The notes beneath the pieces were generated by a model that saw nothing but the letters and a program-made list of their open reading frames with translations, did not search any database and was not told the DNA's origin. Positions 1 through 8,018 of a DNA stretch of 8,941 nucleotides are shown piece after piece (position 1 is the stretch's first letter; each line of letters opens with the position of its first letter). Source of the DNA: Azolla caroliniana (lineage: Eukaryota > Plantae > Polypodiophyta); NCBI GenBank assembly GCA_043228905.1, contig JBHGNT010001404.1, positions 1 through 8,941 of the forward strand. The letters run 5' to 3'. The translations under genes were made by a program, and so were the position numbers.

Positions 1-241
1 CACATAAATGTAAGTGTCCTTATATATGATATAACATTAGTAGAAATGTTGTCTTTGGTGATCATATAACATCTATGTGCCCATTTTAGTGGATTTCACA
101 ATAATGAGTACACTCTTTGAGTTCAAACTTAAAGAAGCTAAAGGGTAACAACGAATCCATGGACTCCTACATGTTATTTGGTTTCGATTTCTTGAGACCA
201 TATTTATCAATGGTCACGAAACTTTGTGTACATATAATCAC

Positions 242-466
242 CTGAATCCATGGGAACTTTCCAATACTTGCAAATCCTATTGTGACCGACGGGTTCACAT
301 GGGAACCTGAGATATGCCCAATGGAAAAGATAATAACCATGATTGAGAAGCCTGCCATTAAGCCATGCTCAACGAGATTCATATGGCCATTGTCCAAGTA
401 ATCTCCCATGGAAATTGCACATAAAAAGAACATGAGAAAGAAGCTCCCAATTATTTCGCCAATAAC
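242..466 (-). CDS. NIP-subfamily aquaporin (MIP family), coding exon 2 (TM1, TM2, loop B with NPS)
   Basis: Translates VIGEIIGSFFLMFFLCAISMGDYLDNGHMNLVEHGLMAGFSIMVIIFSIGHISGSHVNPSVTIGFASIGKFPWIQ, with the MIP signature GHISGxHxNPxVT, the TM1 E and the NIP-typical FPW. The exon is 225 nt, phase 0, with acceptor ttttcaaAG (468-467) and donor CAG|GTGATT (241-240). A CTAAC branch site lies at 495-491. The ORF-track tail after WIQ is intron read-through. Confidence 0.93.
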
Positions 467-1118
467 CTTTGAAAATGCTATAACAATATAGTTAGTTTGT
501 AATCACATTATGTGGTCTTCCTATAGATTTAGAAAATAATAACTAGTCTTTTAAAAAATAAATGTTACAATAAAAACAACAAGAAGGTGATACAAGGCTT
601 GAAATGCCGCATAGAGAGAAAGATTGATGAAAGTAACAAAAGGTAGATATAATCACATGGACGATGAGTCACTGAATCATTATGTAGATACTCGAACAAG
701 AAGATAAAAGAAGCAAAATAAGAGATTCCCTATGTTTGAATAAAAGAAGAAAAGTTCCGAGGAGGAGAAATATAGAGCTAACGAAAAGTAAAAAAATTTG
801 ACATAGCCCATTCTTTACTAAAACAAAATAGCTACACCTCAATATGATACTCCATGCTCTTTGTCTAGTTGATATAGCGAGTTAAATCATTGTTACATGA
901 GCTTCGCTATATGCAATCATAATCACGCTTTAGTTTTATTGTGTTATTTGTTGCACATTAGTTTTAATTTATTATTTGTGATTTGTTAATTACTGTTCTG
1001 TCCTAGATATCCTAGTGTAATTACACATTATTGTGGATAAATGATCAAAGTACATATCTTGTTTAACAAACAAATGATAAGAATTGAGCAACCAAGAAAG
1101 TTAATCACAAGTTCATAC

Positions 1119-1268
1119 CTTAATAAAGATGGATGAAGCATTCTTGTGCTCATGTATGAAACATCTCCAAAATGCAAGATTTTTAATGGAATGTTGCTTA
1201 TTAGAGTAGTTAATGAGAGTGCTCTCGAGTTGGTGATGGGAATGTTCATCCTCAATTTGCTCCATCAT
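1119..1268 (-). CDS. Probable coding exon 1 (cytosolic N-terminus) of the same NIP aquaporin
   Basis: ATG ATG at 1268 opens 50 codons (MMEQIEDEHSHHQLESTLINYSNKQHSIKNLAFWRCFIHEHKNASSIFIK) ending AAG|GTATGA, a good phase-0 donor. Splicing to 466 gives SIFIK|VIGEIIGSF, matching the NIP K|xxxE intron position. Intron 1 would be 467-1118. Confidence 0.72.
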
Positions 1269-3047
1269 GAAGCTATCACAAGCTAGCTTATAATAGTTGG
1301 AATATATTGGGAATAACCCACCACTCTTTATTCCTAACAATGTCTTTTAACACCTAATCAAGCTAAAGCCTTATGCTACCAAAATAACCTAAAACAAACT
1401 TAATTGGACTACCGAATTGGTTACTTCGACAGATTTTGATCATTCGAACAAACTAATAACTCAATTCGGAGTGCATTATGTCACTCCCACAATATGCCTA
1501 TTTATCATACATGTTGCAGTAACCTACTCAAATCTTATTTAATCTTGCCTAAAGAGTAATCTTCATGAAACACATCGAGAGTCCCTATAGATCAAAAGAC
1601 TTTTTATGTGTGGGGTGGTTGGTGTGGAAAATATGATTTCATTGCATAAGAGGGGTAGAAGAGTGCCCCTTACATTGGACATAAAAAGTTTGGAAGTGGT
1701 CGAGGACTCCTTCACAAATGTCACCATCAAAACAAAATGTTTTTGTTTCAATTATATTTGCTTATTCCGAAACTGAAATTTCATTCTTTTTGTATGGAAC
1801 AAATTTCCACAACTATAACATTGCCCCCATTATATAAGTTGTTATGCACAAAATGTTCACCTAGACGCTACGAAGGTTTGGCATAAATATCCTTTGTGTG
1901 AAGTTGTTTCCATGAAAATATCAAGGTATCTTTATTCTAGGTTGTATCAACGATTTCAATCCATATCCATGAGTGCAACACATTATCATTTTAAAGAGAA
2001 ATGTATGTTGCTGGCATTTGCACACATTTAACTCATTTCCTTAACATTTGCGTGAAATGTTGTCGAGTAAAGAATTGTAGAAAATTTCGTTATTTGTTTC
2101 AATCTCAGGAGGTGGAAAAGATTGAATTGTATCCATAAAGAACAACTATAAATATAAGATGTTTTTAGCATTTTGGTTGTTATTCCTATCATGCATAGGT
2201 GAATTAGACCCAAAGTTATTGTAATTAATCCAAACTAATGAACTAGTCACAACCACTTAATCTTAATAGTATCATCGATGCAAATATGTTTCAACACACA
2301 CGTTTCTTAGAGACATTACTAGCTATAACCCATACCCACTCAAAATTTGGGTAAAGCTTGTGCATATCCATTTTGTGTAGGAAACCTTTACACACTCATC
2401 ATTCACAAACTATTGACATAGCTAAACATTCTTTCTTGTGTGTTAGTTTTACATGCAAAAAATTCTCGGTTTGACCTTTATAGTTTTCCATAACTGCATT
2501 TTCATGTCCTTGATTGTGATTTGTGTGTATTGTACTGTCCCACACATCTGATGACTAGTGTCGTAAGAAGGCACTCCAAGTTTATGCCACACCACATTCC
2601 TCCACATGGCCTGGATGTCGTAAGATATTGGGCAATAGTGGTTTGCAACATCATTTATGCATTCATTGTGGCTGAAGAAGCGGTCTACCTCATGGTTAAA
2701 AACACATAAAGACGTGAAGTGGAGATCATTACATAGCCTATTTGGTTTGGCTATTTCTCATTGTGATAACCATCTCCTCCTTTTACCACCACACAATCTC
2801 CTCATAGAACTCACACCATTACATTCACACCATCGTCCAAAAGCTATTTTCGGATGCAAATACATTGATGCTACAATCTTCTTATTCCTCCTTATTTCAC
2901 CATTTAGAAACTTACATTGTACCCCCTACAATGATCCTAAACATCTCGCTAGTAGTCAATTATTTGTGTTGCTACGTCAACTTCCATAAGGGTCACTATG
3001 TTGAACCTTAGAAAACTTAATGTTCACATTAGGTAAAAAATAAATCT

Positions 3048-3818
3048 CATGCGACGTGAATTGGAAAAGTTGTGTGGGGGTCCTTATAAGGCCTAAAGTT
3101 AATAGGGGAAGGCTAGGTGGAACAGTTAAACCCACAAGGTCATGGATTTATAATGCAAGGTGGTAGCGTGTTCCAATTTGCTGGGTTGAGACATGGCTCA
3201 AACTCTGCATGTTGAGGAGATATGGATGATGGTGGCATGGTTACTGGTCTAACACGTTTGGACTAGGCGCTCCAAGTTTGTTTTTCAACAGCAAAAGCTC
3301 CCAAGTGGTGAGGTGTTGCAAAATATCTAGTTTGAGTTGGTATCCTGGCTATGCGGACGGTATGAGTTTATTCAGGGGGAATCGAACGAAGTAGAAATGG
3401 CAAGGTCAAAGTTTCTACTGAAACGGGGTGGTTCCCCAATGATGGTCAAATCTTCGACAACGCTTAAATGGAACTACCAAGCACCTAGGTGGCTGTTTCC
3501 GCCAATGGCTCCCATTAGAGAATCGTAGATGTAAATATGTATTGCTGCTATACAAGTAAGTTACCATAGTTGTGGTACCCGAATAACTTTGTTGTAAAAG
3601 AGTAGGTGGGATAATTTATTGTACATGAGGGGGTGGGGATTATGACCAGATTTGGGGGGGGGGAGGGAGGGGGAGGACAACGTGAGTTTTGCTGAATTTG
3701 TTGTTGTTTTGGGAGTTGTTGGATAGTTTGATCCCTCTAAGGTTAGGCCTTGTGGAACTTAATGTTTGAACTTTGTTGTATTTTGTTTGCTAACTAATGT
3801 GAAGCAATGTTTTTTTGG
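3048..3818 (+). mobile_element. 5'-truncated, decayed L1-type LINE fragment (ORF2 C-terminus plus 3' UTR)
   Basis: Colinear homology with the reverse complement of ~4295-4954. Shared peptides include LKLIGE, VEQLNP, EEIWMMVA, KFVFQQQK, VSWL, RSKFLLK and WNYQAPRWLFPPMA. It has premature stops (3087, 3114, 3250, 3328), a frameshift near 3210 and a shared 3'-terminal motif at 3783-3818. There is no poly(A). Confidence 0.88.
3627..3676 (+). repeat. G-rich tract (G10-A-G3-A-G5-A-G2 plus upstream G runs), potential G-quadruplex in LINE 3' UTR
   Basis: ggggggggggagggagggggagg at 3654-3676, preceded by two further G runs at ~3629-3638. Confidence 0.6.
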
Positions 3819-4282
3819 CAACTCATGATTGTTAACCAACTCAATGGCTCACCCTTTACTAACAATCTCTCTTGCTTACTCCCTTCGGGATATATAATTC
3901 GTTTGCTCTATCACTCCAAATACATTGCAAAGTGGAAGCTATTCATGGTAAGTGACCAAATGTAAATTATCGACTTTGTTGTTAAAACTTTTTGTTATAG
4001 ATGTACAAGTTTTTATATCCTAGTCATGTCCATTGTATTTGTCTCTTGTAATTTTGTCGAGTTTCTTTTTGTAGTTTTACACAATCCAAAACTTATTATA
4101 TATTAGCTTAAACTTACAAAAATGTGAGATGGCAAGAAATTTAAAATGTTTTGAATCCAAGAAAATCCATCACCGCCTAGAAGAAGAGAAATTATTGTAG
4201 ATTGAGATAATGATAAAAACTCATGTTTAGAGTGTGAAATTAAATTAGTAGAATAAACTTGTGCCATTTATACCTTTTCTTG

Positions 4283-6388
4283 TTTTTTTTTTCCCCAAAA
4301 AAACACTACTTTGCATTAGTTAGCAAACAATTACATCATAGACCACCAAAAATTCAGCAACCCTCACTCTGACCTTCTCACCAAAGTGGACATAGTCCCA
4401 CCTCATTTACAACAAAAGTATCCACAACTTCTATAACCTAGTAATTTGTACCATATCTATATATAGTTAGAACACTTGGGCACTGATGGAAGCCATTGGG
4501 GGAAACAACCATCGGGGTGCTTGGTAGTTCCATTCAGGCCCTGATGATGATATGCCCACCATAGGAGAACTACCCCATTTCAGCAGGAACTTTGACCGAG
4601 CTCTTTCAGCTACATTAGATTCCCCCTGAATCGAGTCGTACCGTCCCTGCAACCAAGATACCAGCTCGAACCAGATATTTAACAACACCTCACCACTAGG
4701 GATCTTTTGTTGTTGAAAAACAAACTTACAACGCCTGGTCCAAATGTGCCAGACCAATAAACAAGCCACCATCATCCATATCTCTTCAAAAAATTCTAAG
4801 TTAGTGCCAGGTCGAACTCCACCATGTTGAAACACCTTGCCACCCTGCACTATAAATCCATGATCATGGGGGTTTAACTGTTCAACCTAGCTTTCCCCTA
4901 TTAACTTTAACCTCTGTACGGACCCCCATACCACTCTCCCATTCACGCCGCATGCTGCCACTATCTTGAGACTTCTACCCCAAATGTTAATAGCCTCTCC
5001 GCAATTCCAAATATAGTGAGGAATTGATTCCAAAGGGTGTCCACATATCTTGCAACCAACCTCACCACCACTACATTTGCCACTCCCCCAATGGTACCAC
5101 TTTATGACCAAGAAGCCACAACCAGAGCTTTATTTTTTCTGGCATATTGAACGCCCATAGTCTCCTCCAAAACGACTTCAACAAGTCATCAAAAATGCCT
5201 TTATCCTTCCAACTATTGTGAGTTAGAGCAGCACCCATAGATTTGGAGCCAATGATTTGCCTTCCTAGCTTAGTAGCGTACTCGAAAAACCGTTCCACTT
5301 TGTCTGTTCCCGGTTTCTGCCACCACACCTCTAGTGGGTCCCAATCCAACTCACATAAGGGCTTGTTGTCAACTATCCAAAGCTTACAATCAGATTCTAG
5401 CTTCCCTGGGTCCGGGTTTACTTGCCACTTCTTACCTTCCAACACTGCCACTCGCATTGCCAACCACTAACCATTGTCTGCCAAAGCACATAGGTTGCCC
5501 CACAAACCATACTCATTAGAGGGGCACCTGCCCTAGATAATTTGTGCATCGCCCTCATCTACAAACCACCCAAACCAGACCCCCTCTTCTTCATTCAACC
5601 TAGCTAGACCATCAACAACCTTATCTATCAAACGGGTAACCTTTTTTAGCCTGCTAGTAAACCTAGTACTACCAACCAGACCCTCCCTTCTTTTCCTTTT
5701 GAAAACCTCCCAGTGTCTTACTGATGCCGTCCCAAGTCCACCTTGATTTTTTTCCTTGATCAAACAACTCCAGGCCACTTTAACTGACGCCGTCTCATGG
5801 TCTCTACCCGACCAAAGGAACTCTATCACCATTGCCTTAATATTTTTGATACAATCTTTATCTAACATCTAGCATGCCGAGTACCACATGGTGGCCAACA
5901 AAATGTGGTTTACCACAACCACTCTACCTGCAAGGGAAAGCTTTATTGATGCCCATGACCTAAGCTTTTTTCTGATTTTGTTCGTCACTTCCTCAAGCTG
6001 ATGATTTTTCTGAATCTCAACTCCCACCAAAAAGCCCAAATATTTAAAAGCCCTTCCATTAGGGACCCATTGAAAATCAACATTAGGGCATGAGTTCGGA
6101 CTTACCCAAAACCCTCTACTTTTGTTCAAATTAATTTTCTCACCTAATGCTTTACAAAACAACTCAATCCGTTTTTCAGCTTGTTGTAAATTAGCATCAT
6201 TGCCTTGTAGATAGAGCATAGTGTCATCTGCATAGTGTCCTTGCAAGCATGTGGGACAACCAATCCACGAATTCCTGCATCCGGTCTATTTAAAAAGAAA
6301 GAGAATGCCTCTGAAATAAATAAATAAAGATAGGGGGCCAACGGGCACCCCTGCCTGATAGACCTGCATAATGGAATTGATGGGCCCT
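4283..6388 (-). mobile_element. L1-type non-LTR retrotransposon, 3' part, ending in a short poly(A); interrupted at 6388/6389 by a copia insertion
   Basis: ORF2 remnants with RT and zinc-knuckle motifs, terminal stop at 4467-4469, ~175-nt 3' UTR and an A10 tail (T run at 4283-4292). Confidence 0.92.
4467..6387 (-). pseudogene. LINE ORF2 pseudogene (reverse transcriptase C-terminal half and zf-RVT)
   Basis: Motifs: RSIRQGCPLAPYLY, HYADDT, KINLNKS, FKYLG, LSLAGR, FLWSG, KVAWS...GGLG, KIKLWLW and CKICGHPLESIPHYIWNC. Frameshifts lie near 6246 and near 5085, with in-frame TAG stops at 5869, 5533 and 4887. Confidence 0.92.
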
Positions 6389-6511
6389 TGTTGATGTTAA
6401 CGTGCGGAAGCGTTAGACAAAACCGGCTTAGCTAGATAACAATAGAGAATAAGATGAAGGTTTAATGGAGAAGCTTAATACACAGAGAATACGCGTGGGA
6501 GAGACAAAGAT

Positions 6512-6527
6512 AGAGAGAGAGAGAGAG
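6512..6527. repeat. (AG)8 microsatellite inside the LTR
   Basis: agagagagagagagag. Confidence 0.85.
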
Positions 6528-6596
6528 CAGAACATAAACTCTATTCAAAATAACACTCTGAAAACTCTCTATCTACATACAACATGCTAAACAACA

Positions 6597-6605
6597 CTAT
6601 TTATA
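6597..6605 (-). promoter_or_regulatory. Putative LTR TATA box (TATAAATAG)
   Basis: Consensus plant TATA in the sense orientation, mid-LTR, followed by a CT-rich tract. Confidence 0.55.
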
Positions 6606-6795
6606 CAAGTCCATAAAGGATTGACAGAAGTACTGACAGGTACTTCAATATTCCTACGTGTGATTGACACTAACTACGAGACAATGATTACCTAGTAGTC
6701 TAGGCTACTACTAGGCTTTCAGTTCCCACTCAAATCCGGCTCTCCGATACCATCCGGATACCGATCCGGCTCATCCTTCTGGATGCCGATTCGGC

Positions 6796-7749
6796 TCAGG
6801 CTTCTTCAGCCGATCTGGATCTGGTTGAGCTTGCTCGCTCAACACTCCCCCTCAAGCTCAACTTGAGGTCGGATCGTGGTGTTAGTGTCCGTGGCAGCCG
6901 GTCCTTCCACCCGACTCCTTCTGGCGTCGTCACGCTTGCTTGTGCTCCTCGTCCGGTCCGGTTTTGCTTCCCGCGACCCGTCCGGTACTGCGCGCCTCGA
7001 CCTCCTCGATCGGCTTGTCTGCTCAACAGGTCCATTTCAGCTCCCTCGCTGTTGCGACTCCGGCGCTTGTTGACCCGTTGGTTCATTCGTGTTGGCGTCG
7101 ACTTCTGCTGCGTTTGTGTCCGCTTGGCCTTTAGTTGATCCGGCTTCTTTGAATCCATCAGTTGAAGCGAATTGGTTGTCTCTGATTCGTTCCTGCTTTT
7201 GTCCAAGTCAGTGTTCTCCAACTCGTCTTCCAGTTTCAGGCCCTTCACCACATTAGACCATATCCGGGTCCTAGCCTTCTCCTTCCGGTCGGCTCTGTCC
7301 TTCTTGACTCTACCACCGTTGCCGCTCATTCTGACTTGTTCGGATGTGCCAACTTCCTCCGTCGACTCGGCTTCCTTATTCCTCTTGTTTACCCCTTTGT
7401 TGGTTCTTTCTTCCTCTCCAACTCCTTGTCTGGTGGCATCCGTTCCCTTTCCTTTTCTCCCCCTCAAGTGCGGCACATCGAGATGCTGAACACCAAGCAT
7501 TTTGGTGAAGTGCTGCAACTTGTCCAATCCGAGTGGTTTGGTGAAGATATCGGCAACTTGCCGATCCGTCTAAACATACCGAAGTTCAACTTCACCGCTC
7601 AAAACCCGCTCACCAAAGTGATCGTGGACTTCTATGTGCTTCGTCCGAGCATGGAACACGGGGTTCTTGGCGAGCTGTATGATGCTCATGTTGTCGCAGT
7701 AGATTAGGATCGGGGTCAACACCTCGATCCGGAGATCTCGCAGTAGGGT
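6796..7749 (-). pseudogene. Copia pol 3' end: RNase H plus a basic, disordered C-terminal extension running into the LTR
   Basis: A single frame reads LLRDLRIEVLTPILIYCDNMSIIQLAKNPVFHARTKHIEVHDHFGERVLSGEVELRYV*TDRQVADIFTKPLGLDKLQHFTKMLGV...LSLRGSVERASSTRSRSAEEA*. There is one premature TAG at 7570-7572, and the final stop lies inside the LTR. Confidence 0.88.
6845..6856 (-). other. Polypurine tract (CTTGAGGGGGAG) adjacent to the 3' LTR
   Basis: GAGGGGGAG is directly followed by TGTTGA, the canonical copia PPT/LTR junction (translated LRGSVE). Confidence 0.88.
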
Positions 7750-7962
7750 CGAAGCACGCTACGGGGTACCAAAAAAGTACTGTTTTTGGCCACAAAAATT
7801 GTCAGTACTTTCAATACTGTTAGTACTGAATAATTCAGAAAAAAAATTAGAGAAAAAGAAAATCGATTTTGGAGAGTGGGGTGACTGTAGTACAAGTGTC
7901 ATTTACTGTAGAAGGAGTGGGGGGAACACGTGAGGAGATGTTCTTCCATTTTGGGGGCTATT

Positions 7963-8018
7963 TTCCCCTCACGTCGATTTTGGCGCTTCCCCTCACGTCG
8001 TTTTGGCGATTCCCCTCA
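7963..8018. repeat. 23-24 bp tandem repeat, ~2.4 copies
   Basis: ttcccctcacgtcgattttggcgc / ttcccctcacgtcgttttggcga / ttcccctca. Confidence 0.85.

Larger units (their letters stand above)
6389..6844 (-). repeat. 3' long terminal repeat (456 bp) of the copia element
   Basis: Perfect 6-bp terminal inverted repeats TGTTGA (6389-6394) and TCAACA (6839-6844). It starts immediately after the PPT and ends exactly where LINE RT homology resumes. The expected 5-bp TSD is GCCCT (6384-6388); its partner is outside the window. Confidence 0.88.
6389..7754 (-). mobile_element. Ty1/copia LTR retrotransposon, 3' part (RNase H, long C-terminal extension, PPT, 3' LTR)
   Basis: Copia RNase H motifs IYCDN, NPVFHARTKHIEV and QVADIFTKPL, followed by a PPT abutting a TG...CA LTR. 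GC content is clearly higher than in the flanks. Confidence 0.93.

Noticed and set aside
167-241. C-terminal part of the 88-aa ORF as coding sequence
   Set aside because: It lies after the CAG|GT donor at the conserved NIP intron position and has no MIP similarity.
1563-2213. Short minus-strand ORFs as extra NIP exons
   Set aside because: No MIP similarity; exon 1 at 1119-1268 already supplies a start codon and a correct-phase donor.
2521-2989. Two plus-strand ORFs and a repeated tgtcgtaaga (2559, 2616) suggesting an old LTR or TE relic
   Set aside because: No recognisable domain, terminal repeat pair or TSD; a database search would be needed.
3046-3827. ctcatg at both ends of the + LINE fragment as a target-site duplication
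   Set aside because: Only 6 bp, partly overlapping LINE-homologous sequence, and there is no poly(A); it cannot be distinguished from chance.
5243-5519. Plus-strand ORFs within the LINE
   Set aside because: Antisense to LINE ORF2.
6863-7707. Plus-strand ORFs (6863-7138, 6876-7073, 6940-7134, 7172-7489, 7336-7707)
   Set aside because: Antisense shadows of the GC-rich copia pol frame with no independent protein features.
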